Shown here in pieces: positions 27,034-40,445 of a stretch of 64,000 bases of DNA. This DNA is from Antedon mediterranea (Eukaryota; Animalia; Echinodermata). The position numbers and the translations under genes are program-made. The stretch is from positions 14,534,371 through 14,598,370 of the forward strand of contig NC_092678.1 in NCBI RefSeq assembly GCF_964355755.1. Reading direction: 5' to 3'. Every line of letters starts with the position of its first letter. Positions within the stretch are counted from its first letter, which is position 1. Under the pieces are notes generated by a model. The model saw only the letters and a list, made by a program, of their open reading frames with translations, searched no databases and had not been told where the DNA came from.

Positions 27034-28834
27034 GTATATTTTACAGTTACCCCTTAATTATAGTAACTATATTATAACTTCCTTTTTATATTTTACAATA
27101 TTTTCTTCATAATTTAGCAATTTTTTTTTCACAGCACAAATTATCATACTGAATCATCACACACCAAGTCTAATGCAGCTACATGGTATAGCCTTGAGGC
27201 TAAATTACACTGTATACTGGCACTACCATCATTCCTAGCCCACAAATAAGTACAGTCGTGTACTACTGATTCCACCCTGTGGTCAAGGCTTTATTTGCTC
27301 TTATGCTTATTTCCTCTAACATACAGAGTATGTATGGCTTCTAATTTGCTTTTATACCGGTTAATCTATCAAGTATCAAGTATCAAGTATAATCTTTATT
27401 CGTTCCCACAAGGAGAAAATTTACATTGCTCGTTTTCAAATACATCATAATTACAATATATAAAATAACATGACAATACAACAATACCAATATTAAAAAC
27501 TCACAACAAGAACAAATTATTACATATTATTTCATGGTGCTCATCTGGATGAATGTCGCTGATGTCTCCTGATACCTGTGGGCAGAAACGAGAAAAGATA
27601 TCGGTTTGTGTCAGCAGCCGCGGATCGCAATCTTCCACTATGAGCACTCCTGAGACTGCCTAAAATGGAATTCACAGGATGACTTTCATCCCTCAACACC
27701 ATCCCAAAAAGCCTGTCCAGGTTCTCGCAATAAACTGAATCCACCGACTGCTGACACAAACCAGACATCCTCTCAACCCTTCTTACCACACAATCAATTC
27801 TACCATTATCTACCTCTGTAACATTTCCACCCCACCCTGCAATACAATATTTCCAAACCCCAACAATAATAGACTGATTTAATGTAATCAAAATATTATT
27901 ATTTACACTGAACTTGTTTAGTTGTCTTAAACAGTACATTCTAGTATTTACTTTCTTCATAACGAGATCCAAGTGGTTACTCCACGTCAATTTATTGTTA
28001 AATACAACCCCCAGATATTTATATGTTTCCACCCTCTGAATTTGTCTACCCATTATGTCAACTAGATCACATTTATACGTTTTCTTTCTAAAATCTATAA
28101 TCATTTCCTTTGTTTTTTCAACATTCAATTCTAAAAAGTTATCATTACTATATTTTACAAAATTATTAATCTCATTTAAATATGAAGTGCAATCGTCCTT
28201 CTGAATCAAGCCAATCATCGCCGTATCGTCAGAAAATCGTACAACTGGGCAAGAATCATATTTAGATCTATAATCACTTGCATACAAGGTAAACAAAAAA
28301 GGGGCTAATACAGTGCCTTGTGGCGCACCTGTATTGGAAACACTAACATCAGAACATACTGTTGGGCTAAGCTTCACATACTGCTTTCTGTTTGTTAGAA
28401 AATTCAGAATAAAAAGAATCAAATTAAGGGGAATGGCCATCTTACACAGCTTATCTACTAGTAAATGGGGTTGAATGGTGTTAAACGCAGAGGAGAAGTC
28501 GTAATACATAACACGGGCTGAATTTCCAACCTTTGTTTTATCTAAATGACGATACAGCCTTTCAAGTTTAACGACAATCGCATCTTCTGTGCTCCGAGCA
28601 CTTCTGTATGCAAATTGCATGGGATCAGTAGGCGTAGTGACTATTTGTTTTAAGCATTTTAAAACAATTTTCTCACATATTTTACCTACAACTGATGTTA
28701 AGGCAACTGGCTTGAGATCATTCATATACTTAATAACACGGCTTTTTGGAATAGGAACAATAGATGATTGTTTCCATGTTTCTTGAAGTGAACTAGTTGT
28801 GAAACACAAATTAAAAATAATTGAGAAAATATAT

Positions 28835-31055
28835 GTGACCCGATCTGGCAAAACCCTACTTTTGTCGGAAATATTCATTTTGTATTTTTTAATATATTTG
28901 GATTATTTGAATCATAAGCTTTGTAGTGGTGTTTATTTCATAAAAATTGAGTAAATATTTAAAAAGTTATTACATTTTAAAAACTTACAAATCATTCAAT
29001 TAGTTTACGAGAAAATCGCGTTTGAAGTTTGCAATGAAATTCTTTTTGATACGCGCTGAAAACTCGCTCCGTAGCAACGCGGTATTTTGGTCTAAGGCAC
29101 AATGACGTCATACCAGGAAGTGTGTGCGATATAATAGGAGCGTGCACATCATAGTCAATTTGACTGATTTCAGACGCCGTTTTAACCTATTTAGTCACTC
29201 GAATTAACTATTTTGCACTATTGAAAAGCAGCATTATAACGTCAAGCTTATTTTAACTGGTTTCGGAGATGTTTACGATATCAACAGCGAAAAACCAAGC
29301 AGGGGCGGATTGCTATAAGCGGTCTATAACCGGTCTTAGCGCTTAGCCGGCTATAATTCGTGACGTAGCAAGTAGTCTTATATTATAGACCATTGCTATA
29401 CCGCGGTCTAACCTGTAAACGGTCTTTAAAATTAAAGCCTACTCGAAGGAGTCTTAAAACAGTCTTAAACCTCTCTTTTTGTTGCTTTTACGTATTATTT
29501 ATCGTCAAAGACAACCAATTGAACGAGTTTTAAGTGTTAAATCAAATAATAACAGTGATTTTATTGTTATATAGGCCTAGAATGGATTTTCTCGCGTAGA
29601 AATGTACGTACTGTTAACAAAGAATATAAATATTATCTTTGCTGTTAAGTTATGATTGTGAATTGAACAAGCGTGACGAACATTACCTTATTTGGTATTC
29701 TACGCGCAAAGTACGCCCTCAATTTGTTACTTTACGTGGTCTTATTTAAGACTGTTTTATAGCAATGGTCTATCATGAGTGGCTTTAATAAGACCGTCTA
29801 TCTGATAAAGCCGGCTTTAATCGGGGAGTTAAGACCATCAGTTAAGACTGTTTTATAGCAATCCACCCCTGGCCTAGGCTAGGCCTAGCTAGGCCTTTTC
29901 AGATTTTCGCCGTCATCGCCTGTACTGTATTAAGACCTACTGATGGGTGTTTATCAGGCCGTGTATGGCAGCGGTGCATCGACATTGGGGCTGACGTTAG
30001 TAGTAAACTAGCCTAGACAAGTTTGGCGCCTTGCAGAGTCACAGCTTGCTAGATACTAATATTGTATTGACGATTTAATACATTTATTTTTTTTATAACA
30101 TGGAAGATTCGCTGTAATGTTTGGACTTGAATCCAATGAGTTTAAAAAACATTTAAGATGAAAGGACTGGACAATAAATTAAATAAATAATTAAGAGCCG
30201 ATTGGATATAAAATGAATAAAGAAAACTATTTATTGACAATAAGCTAGGCCCAGTAATAGTAGTACTAGTAGTAGGCCTACAAAACCATAATAAAATTAA
30301 GGCCTAGCCCAAAAAAATATAGAAATTACAATTAAATTAATGACGTGAATTGTCTATTTTACTATGGTATAAACAAATACAGGCTACAGCTATTTCAGAA
30401 CACGCCGAACACTTTACTTTGAATATTAAAATCGTTTTTATTCCAATTTACGACATGCTGTGTGTAAAATGAAAATAACCTCACAAAAATGTAAACAACT
30501 TTTTATTTCCGCGCGTAGAGCGTATAACATCTAGCGCGTTGACCAATAACGTTTGTTATTGCGATGATGCGCCATAGCAACACACGCAGTTCGCTGTTCC
30601 AGAAACTTCGAAGAACCGAATTTTCTGAAATTATGTCATAGTAAATCAAAGTTTTCATTGGTTCCTTCTTTAAACTCCGCCCTAAAACTTCCATATTTGG
30701 AATGTCAAATGGATGAGCTTTATTTTGATGTGTGACATTTCAACATTGTGCAGCGAACTGGCGATCAAAATGTCGTCAAACTCGGCAACTTTCAACTGAA
30801 TTTACGCAAAATTTTAGCGTAGATCGTGAATAAATTGTTAGGCTTGAGGAAAATACATGTTTTTAAAACTCTCTTTTTTCATAATTTTAATTAAATTTCG
30901 GGAGTTTAAATCAGGTAGACGTATTCTTAAATAGTGAAACATTTCGAAAATGCAAAAACATGTAATCTGCCAGGGTAGTCGATTTGGACTTATTCTGACT
31001 GATTACGTGAATTTTGAATTGCCAACAAAGAGAGGGTTTTGCGAGATCGGGTCAC
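28835..31055. mobile_element. Non-autonomous TIR transposon with ATAT TSD (Sola1-like)
   Basis: TIRs GTGACCCGATCTGGCAAAACCCT / AGGGTTTTGCGAGATCGGGTCAC; ATAT at 28831-28834 and 31056-31059; removal joins ILKSSSY-IFSIIFNL. Confidence 0.8.
29300..29871. mobile_element. Nested MITE (Harbinger-like, uncertain)
   Basis: TIRs CAGGGGCGGATTGCTATAA / TTATAGCAATCCACCCCTG; internal TTAAGAC repeats; TSD not clean. Confidence 0.7.
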
Positions 31056-33114
31056 ATATGATGATGATTTTAAAATATTTGGTTTAAGTTTATCGGGCCC
31101 TGGAGCTTTCTTAGCATTCAAATTTCTAAAATACTTATAAACTTCACCCTCATTTGTATCAATTTTTATGTCATTTATATTTGATTCAAGCTGACACTTC
31201 CGTTCCTTAATTTCTTTTGAAAAATCATATTTGTTAAAACGATTGAAAAATATATTTAATTCATTTGCATATTCTTTGTCAATTTTTGGCAGCGATACAG
31301 ATTTTTGTTTATTATTTATATGTCCACTCATTAACCTCATTCCTTGCCACACCTCTTTCATGTTATTTTCCGTGAACTTCTTTTCAACTTTATTTTTAAA
31401 CTTGTATTTGTCTTTACGTATTGCACATTTTAATTCTTTTTGGACCTATTTTAATTTCGCTTTATTACCTTCAGCAAATGCTTTCTGTTTCCGGTTAATA
31501 ATAAGTTTCACATCTTTGGTTATCCACGGTTTAATATTCGCAAACACTTTAACCTTTTTAGTTGGGTTAAGCATATCACTACAAAAGTTTATATATTCAG
31601 ACACTGTGTCCGTAAGTTCATTCAGATCATTAGCGTTATTAATAAACATCTCCCAGTCCGTATCATCAAATGTATCTTGTAGGCGTTCCGTTGCTTCCGC
31701 TGTCCATTTCTTTACTTTAATAGTCCTTGGCTTCTCTCGTTTAACTAATGGAATGTATTTCGGGTTTAGTACGATTAATAAATGATCTCCCAAGCACGGC
31801 CACTGGGTTGAAACATATGCGTTTTTCACGTTTGTGTAGCAAAGGTCTAATATACTTGTTTCGCGCGTAGGACATGTAACGTGTTGGTAGTAGTACTCGC
31901 TTGTCTTCTTCGATGATCCGCGATTAAAATCTCCGTTTATGACAACGAATGCATCGGGCGAGGTAGCTTCTATGTCGTACAGTACTTCTGCAATCTCTGT
32001 CAATGCATTATTAACCAGATTTGTTTTGGGAATATATACAGTAACAATGACAACGTGTGAAAATTCCCTGGGTATATAATAGGGGCGTACGCTTACAACA
32101 AGAATTTCACAATTTGGTGAGCATCTGTGCTTCTTCACGACTGCGTTATTTTGATGACAATATCTTTCGTTGACGTAAATACAGATACCACCACCCCTTT
32201 TCTTTCCTGATTCACATGTTCTGTCTCTCCTAAGTAATTTAAAACCATTTATTTCGATATGAGAATCATCATGCCTATCCTGCAACCATGTTTCAGTGAA
32301 TGACATTATACTGGCATCACGGAATTCACGAAAGTATGTCGCGTTCGCTCTAAGTTCGTCCATTTTATTTGATATCGACTGAACCTTTCCCATAATAATT
32401 GTAGGAATGTATGGTCTTGCTTTGCGAGCACGTAAACGTTTCCTAATGCCTCCTGCCTTACCCCGTTTTCTCCGTCTCGCTTCCTTTGGTATGTCCATGG
32501 TGGGTCTAGACAGCGGTTGTCCGCGCACCTTTTGTCCAATGGAATGCAATTCGTTCGATGAATAGCATATCCTAGAGCCTGGGCCAGATCCATAGTATAA
32601 TGCAGTCATTCATCAATAAAAACCACTAAAATATCACCAACTTATCTTGAAATAATATTCACAGTCACTAGGACAATATTACCAATATAAAAAAACTATC
32701 ATAGACATCATAAACGTTTAGAAATATACAAAAATACACAAAAATTGCGAGCAGCGTCGACCACACGTGCTAAAAAATCATTTACGCCTATTGGTGCATA
32801 AAGATCAAATTTAGACTGTAAATACTGGAATGATCACCCAAAATTTATTTCACAGCTAGAAAAAAGCATACATAGTTTTTTGTTTTTTTTATTCATAACT
32901 GTTGAATTGCATCCCAATACATGGTACCTATTGGTATTATATCTATAAATATAAAGTACTCTCTTATAAATAGATGTATCTCTCCAAACTACTCCAACTA
33001 CCTAATCTAATAATAGTACTATTAGCATACTACTGTACACTTTGTAGACAAGAAATAAGTTATATCCACCTAGAGGACTTGTGGTAGTACTGTACAGTCG
33101 ATCGTCCTCTCACT

Positions 33115-34074
33115 GGCCTGGTCGCGATTTTTTTTTTCGTACATAAGTTGGGGACCCCTTCATGAAACGTCACAAAATAAACATGAATAATTCATCAGTT
33201 AAATTTGTTGTTCCGTGTGCACCCAAGCGTATAGCAACAAGAAGTGATTACACAACTGCGATACGATACTTTCTACAGTAGGCCTAGGATTATATGTCAA
33301 TTCACGTGATTGCCTTCGCGCACTCTTCTTCACACAAAATGTCTCGAGTCGAGGCTAATCGACAGCTAGGCAAGTACGGCAAGACATTAAACTAAGTAGT
33401 AATTCATTGGACATAGCCCAAAGAAAGCTTAGACCCACAAGAATAAAGAATGTGTATAATTTGTGTACTGTATTTTTTTAATTCTGCTATTTTATTATCA
33501 AACAATATGCATGTACTCAAAGGAACTTTAAAAATGCGCGTATATGAACACATGAGATGGGAAGATTTGACCCACGAGAATAAAAAATGTATTTTTGTGT
33601 AATGTTTATTGTTTAATTTTGCTGACTTATTACTCGGATTGTGTCATACCAAAGATAGTTTAACTATCTTTGGTCATACCTAACACACACACGTCATGCA
33701 CACCCACACAGCTACTACTAGAATAGACATGGGTTTAGAGACTAATAATTACGCCTAATAGTATTAATAGAAACTATAGTTTTAACACGTAATTCTTTAG
33801 TAAAAAATTATATTAAAAACACCATAAACTAAAGGCTGATTATTTCGACAATCCACACAAAACGCCGCTATTCTTCTATGAAATCGCACGCCGCAACAAC
33901 AGCGGAGGATAGGCCTAGAATCGTACCGCACTTGTGTAATCACTTCTTGTTGCTATACGCTTGGGTGCACACGGAACAAGAAAATTTAACTGATGAATTA
34001 TTCATGTTTATTTTGTGACGTTTCATGAGGGGGGTCCCCAACTTATGTACGAAAAAAAAAATCGCGGCCTGGTC
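33115..34074. mobile_element. MITE with ~160-bp near-perfect TIRs
   Basis: 33115-33270 is the reverse complement of ~33920-34074. Confidence 0.88.
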
Positions 34075-35434
34075 AACATAATCTATGCCTAGATTATTAC
34101 AGTAATTAAAAAGTACATTATTACAGAGATTTTTTTGTTGTTGCAGAAATCAAAGTTATGTGTATAGAAAGTAGTACTCGTATTAAAAACTAAGCAGGTT
34201 GTACTGACCGCAAACTGGCAGGATATTTTGAATATTTTTTGTTCATTTTCCACGAACTGGAGACAAAGACACGACCCTTTTATTTAAAATTTATTTGGAT
34301 AGACCTCCATGTAAATTCATTAAAGGCTATATGATTGTTTTATATTTTAATAATGTGATAGTAGAAAACCATTGTGCATAATGAGGACTATGAATTTAAT
34401 ATTCACTTTCATTCTCATCTTTTTAACATTTTATTTATAATGCTGGTAATGAATTAACTATTGAAAAGGTCATGTTTCCACTTATCTCAAATGTTGGCAC
34501 CCACCTCTAACCTTGGTAGAACTGACTGTGTTCTACATGAGTACATAATAGTAGTATTTCCACCATACTACTTCAACCTGGTAATTGAATAAATTTCATT
34601 GGGGTAACATTTAAACTAATTATCACCTTTAACATAAAGTATCCTCCTGAAACATGTATTTGTACTGTACTTCATCTAATATCCATTACTTAATACTAAT
34701 TTATGTGATTTATGTCTAACTTCAGGAATGATCTGAGGCTAGAAGAACGAATTTCTGTACACATATAAAAAATAGACCAATTTGTTCCTAATAATTTAAC
34801 CCCTAGGTTGATAACTAACAAAGAAATTATTGAAATTATGTTCTCACAATATATATAGGTGTACTTTATCTACATATGCATGCTGCTGTACTTGTTTTTA
34901 ACCGCATAATGGCATTGAAAACAAGAATGTTTTATAATTATTATAGGTTATTTCCAAATATTAAAGGTCTGAAACAGAAACTAAATGTTACCAAACTATG
35001 TTTTTGAAAATCTCTATGATATATTATAATAATATGAACATAATATTAAATTATATTGATAATCATCATGTCCTTATAAATTCATTTATATTTCTTTTGT
35101 GTAATATAGTTCATATATTATGTATTAAATAAATTGGTAAGGCCCTATACTGTTTATATTTAAGGAAAGTTTATATACACTATTATTTTATGCCTACCAA
35201 TATTAGTATTAATTGTTTATGTAACTATTTTGTCTATAATTGCATTGATTTTTTGTATATATAGGCCAATGGCATTAATGTTTTTCTCAAAGCAAATTAG
35301 CCTAATAATGCCATATTTAGACACATAATTCATTGATTTCTGATATTCTGTACTTGTGTATGCATTACTAAAATAGTACTTCAATGCACAAATAATTACT
35401 TACCTCAGAAAAAATCGAAGATTCCAAAGGTTTC

Positions 35435-35753
35435 ACTTCCGCCGTGGCATTCTGTAATTTGCTGTGGTGTTCCACTATTAATTTGCCGTGGTGCTTCAAT
35501 ACTAATTTGCCGTGGTGTTTCATTTTTAAGTTGCCCTGGTATTTTTGTTAAATTGCCGCGATGTTTTATTTTTAATTTGCCGTGATGTTTTATTTTTAAT
35601 TTGCCGTGGCTTTTTTCAAATTGCCGTGGCTTTTTTCAAATTGCCGTGGCTTTTTTCAAATTGCCGTGGCTTTTTTCAAATTGCCGTGACTTTTTTTGAA
35701 AAAATTGCCGTGATTTTTTTTGAAAGTTGCCGTGACACTTATAGGCCACCGTA
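35435..35753. repeat. 20-22-bp array (TTGCCGTGGCTTTTTTCAAA) ending GGCCACCGTA; probable end of an IS3EU-like element
   Basis: About 13-14 TGCCGTG units; CCGTA terminus as at 14153. Confidence 0.75.
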
Positions 35754-35949
35754 TCAATATGCTATTGGGTTCTTAATGTAATTACTAAGTAGGCCTAGTA
35801 TTTATTAATTAATGTCATCAAAACTCGTATTAGTGTAGATTCATTTTACGATTATGAGAGCCTGTGTGAAAGTATTAGCTCGCGGTTTGTAAATGTAAAT
35901 TGTATTATATTGTCACGCATCAGTGAGCTGACTTTACCGAATACCGAAG

Positions 35950-36970
35950 AGAGTCGATTGAGTCCGAAACGAACCGATGGAGGAACTCTCGTACGGAAAA
36001 AAAATCGCATCCGGTTTCCTTAACATATTCTTCCCGAATTCCACTATCATTATCTTGATTTCCATTATTTTCATTCATTAATATTCTCGGTTCTCGTCCA
36101 TATCCTCTTTTATTTTTCTTGATCTTGTTTTGTTGTGTTATTAATGTCAAGAGCCTTACAAGCTTCATCCAGAAATTTCTCCACAAGACCTCTCGCTCAG
36201 TTGTGGTAAAGTTTGTTCCGCCTTCATACAGCATATGCTGGCTATCATAATCTTTGGAATAAACACTTTTATTACTTTTTCTTTCAAATTAAAACTCTTC
36301 TAAAACCTTTGATCTGGTTTTTTGAAATTAAAATCTCTTCTTTAAGATTTCTTTTTTCATTTTCTTGTTTCAATTTAATTTCATCTAATCTTATTTTTTG
36401 TCTTTCTTTAAGTGTTTTTGTTTAACAAAAGCTCCGCCTTTCTTCGTTTCTCTCTCATTTCCAACATGGATGATGATTTAGATTTAACTGATGATTTGAG
36501 TTAGAAGATGTGTTGGATTGATGAGTTGAATTTGGTTTAGATAACTTGGATATAGATGACTTTGATTTCGACAATGCCATGGACAATCTGGGATCCAAAG
36601 CTGCCACTGCAGGTGACTTTGTGCCGAACCAATTATCAACCTTTACTTTAACATTGGTAACCCACATATCCTTTTCCTCGTACCATTCTTCTAAGTATGC
36701 CTTCATCTCATCTTTAGTTAAAATTGCGCAACATAGATCGTGGATATTTAAAAATATTTCATACACTTTCATCCAATTAACTTTTCTAACAAAATCAAAA
36801 TCTGAATTTTCAAAAATCAATTCTTTAATTTTAACAGAAACAACTTTGACACTTCTCTATGCTTCTCCAAGCTTCTTGAACGTAATTTCTTTTGCATACT
36901 CAGAACCCTTAGGCGTAAGCTTCTTGGACCTCACTGGCCTATCAGATGTTTCAGACATCATAACATCTTA
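35950..36970 (-). mobile_element. Probable N-terminal gag region of a Bel/Pao element
   Basis: Broken ORFs with Ser-rich tract followed by K/E-rich coiled coil (LKERQKIRLDEIKLKQENEK); same strand as 23810-25772. Confidence 0.45.
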
Positions 36971-37656
36971 ATCTGCTAACAAATTCGTTCCAGCAACACA
37001 GTAAACTTATACTTCTTATGTATTCAATTCCTTTCCAGTTGATCAAAGCTGTCTTCTATAATTCCTTCTTATAAACGTTGTTAATAATGTTCTGGCCTAT
37101 TCAATAATTTTAAGCACACTGTTAATGCGAATCTTTTAATGTCCATTCATAAACCGATTAACTAGAAACAACAAAAATATCTCTCAGTAATAAGACAATA
37201 GCAAACAATAATAATAAAGTTACACAAACTAATTAATAATAATGCCTCATAATTCAGGCTAGATAATAACTAAATACACTTTAAACATAAACAGGTGAGT
37301 ATACATATAGGCTGTAAACAATTGCAAATTAAGGTGTGGCCCAAATGACCACCATAACAAATATAAATACAGTATAAATACATCAATAAAGGTAATAAAC
37401 TTAAAACTCGCCAAAGATTGTGCTAACCACTTTGTACCAGAACATATAGGCATATATTGCCATCTACTATAGTTGAACACAGCTATACTAATACTACTAT
37501 TCTTGTGAGGACACATCCACCTAGCATCTCATTTTCTTTTAAATGATCAAACTCTCAAGTTATCTCAAACTTTCAGATTTTTTTTACTCCATTAAACCAA
37601 GCCAATGGAGTATGTGTATTTATGTTTTCAGTTGTTACATTATATAACAGTATTTC

Positions 37657-37800
37657 ATTTACCTTCGCCAAGGAAGTATATGTAATCGATCGCGTGTGTG
37701 TGTTTGTTACTTGCCTTGGAAATTTGCCAAGTATGTTGATCTGTTCGGTTTGTGTGTTTGTTGTTTGTTTGTTTGCCATCGTTCTAGCGCTTACAATTTT
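37657..37800 (+). mobile_element. HINE/DINE-1-like fragment
   Basis: TTACCTTCGCCAAGGAAGTATATGT hairpin followed by (GTTT)/(GT) microsatellite. Confidence 0.5.
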
Positions 37801-37827
37801 GTTTCCAACAACTTTAAATTACTACCA

Positions 37828-39180
37828 CTAGAGTTTTAGCTCGCTTCGCTCGCTCCCCCTTCAGGAAGTGTAGACGATGGTTCTCGGAATGATAATGTTC
37901 TCCTTGTACATTTTCTGTTGGTTACCACTATTGAAAATGCTTGACATTCGTAAAACTACTGTTTCACAGGGTCGTAAATGATTAATAACATTTTAAAGTA
38001 CAGTGTTTATTGTTTGGTAGGGCCCTTATAGGCGGAGTTTGAGAGGCGGAGTTCATTTGAGGGAGGTGCTTATTCGAGGGATATATGTTAATTTGTTTAG
38101 TTTTAATAAAATGGTAACATTTATAATCAAATGAAATCCTCTAATAGATATGAAAAGTGGTAAATTGTAGATAACAGTGCGATGAATTCTACTACAAATA
38201 GTATAATTGTGTTATTATAAATATGGATGGACGTTTATTAGATAGTTGGGTTGGTGGGAGGGGGATTATTATTCAAAGTGATGTTTTATTGGAGAAGCTT
38301 TTATTCAAATAAATACCATCCTAATAATTATTATTACATTATTTAATTTAAACCTCTTTTGAAACTAACTGCGGTGACACAGTGGGCCCAAGAAAGTAGA
38401 CATTACGGCTTGCAACATGGGCAGACATCTCGTTACTAACAGGACACAGATAGCTATCGGGATTTCACTTGATTTTAAACAAAATATCTGTTTGTCATGT
38501 ACTGTAACCTGCAGTCTTGTTAGGTGGTCAAGCTTAAAGTATTTTACTTATTTGACCTCCTTTCACACTTCTTTGTTGTACAAGTATCTCTATATATTTT
38601 GTTTAAATTAGTTTGATTACCTTAATGTTTCACATAACTTGTATTATTTTTGAAGTGTGATAAAAATTGAATAAAAGAAAGAAAAAAAATCATCAAATCT
38701 CTCTATGTAATTTTATAATACTATTCCCCACAATATATTCCGATTCTTTATGGCGTATATTTAATTTGATCTTTATTAATTTGCAGTATAATTTTATTTT
38801 TTAACTACTGTACCTTCACACGCGCGGTCCGTTCCTAAAATAAACAAAAAACTGAAATGGCTATGACTAATGGCCAACTTAAGCTCCAGTACTACTATCT
38901 GTTTTTTCTTCCGTCTTCCAAAGGGACACTGTATTGATTGATGGGAAGTTCCTGTTTCCAGTCACCTTTAGGGTCAAATCAATTATTTTAACTGCTCCCT
39001 TGTGTATAAAAGAGAGAAAATAGTTGAAACCAGATTGTTGGAAGATGAACTCATCGTAAACCAGGAAATTATTTGACCGCAAAGAATTGAAATTTTGTTG
39101 AAAATCTACTGTTGAACTCATGAATTAGTTAAGTTAAAAACTCTTTATAATTATTTATCTGCCTAAGATAGAAATATGGA
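37828..39180 (-). mobile_element. Non-autonomous Helitron-like element, copy 2
   Basis: Reverse complement of 2280-3384; 3' end GGGGGAGCGAGCGAAGCGAGC..CTAG. Confidence 0.7.
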
Positions 39181-40445
39181 ACAATAGCGTCGAACTGAAA
39201 ACTAATGTTATCAAATCTACGTTTCGCGGTACATCTGAGATAGATAATGTAGGTATCCAAGGGGGAGATTTGTACTGAAGTTTTTCCATTGTGCTCGCCT
39301 ATGTCAGAATTAACCATAATTTATATATAGATACATGTCGCTTGGTGCAAGGACGACACTGCCCAATTTTGGTGAAAATACGGACCACGGTCCCAATTCT
39401 AGACCAGTGCCGGTGAGCAGTCTTAAAGTAACAAGTAAATTAATATAATTGCATTTTCTAGAGAACTACTGGTTCACAAAATGTCATGTTTGTTCAAGAG
39501 GCAAGAGTTATAATTTGTGACTTTTACTTTTAATTTGTTTTTTTAAATTAAAGGTTTAATGTACATTGTTTTTCATTCCTTTAGCGTTTACAATTTTTTT
39601 TTCTCTTTTGTGAGGTTCACTCACCTTTTATTTCATTTCAAAACATAATTTGATAAATAAACAATTTTATTATGTTTATATATTATCTTTTTAAATATAT
39701 ACCATTTTCATTCTTAGACATAAAGTTTCCCATTACACCTTAAATAAAACTCTGCAAGTTTACAATTTTGATTCAAATAACGCTACGGTCCCAATTCTGC
39801 ACAAATGTTAAGAATTGTTTTCAGACCTGCTAGTGCGAAGGCTAATCTGTTTGTTTGTTCTGTTTGTTTGTTTGTCTGTTTTATTGTTTGTTTATTTGTC
39901 ATCATTCTAGCGCTCACAATTTTCATAATTAGATTTATTGTACCATACCAGTGATCGGAATGTTGTTGTAAACACTTGGACTGTCTAAGAAACATTTCTT
40001 CTTTACAAATTCAATCCATTATTACATTTAACAACCAGACTAAGAATCTTTTATCCGTTATTTTCCTTACATCTGTATACTTTGCTTAATTTGTATAAGC
40101 CTCTTGATTGATTTTACATAATCATTTTACAATAGCGTTTTCAGGAGTCTGTTCTCACATAATTGCATTGTCATAAGATGTTTAAACCACTTAACCCATT
40201 TATTCACCTTTGTTTTATTGTTACCCCCCAATTCTTAACTTGTTTCTTTATATTTACGTTCTTGTACTTTTCTGTTTTTACGTAACATTACCAGGCATCT
40301 TTTATTACATACTATTGAATAAACTGATCACATTATTTACCACTAGATATTCTCATGGATCATTTTGACAATATAGATGCATTCCCATTTAATCACATTA
40401 TTGATAATGATGAATTCTTGCATGTCATTCACAAAATGAACTTTT

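Larger units (their letters stand above)
27368..32770 (-). mobile_element. Near full-length Rex1/Babar-like LINE split by a DNA transposon
   Basis: PTIIMGKVQSISNKMDEL, TETWL, GDFN (31446-32609); GPD; QFAYR, DFSSAFNTI, GAPQGTVLAPFLF, FSDD (27541-28834); AATAAA + (ATACTTG)n tail. Confidence 0.9.
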
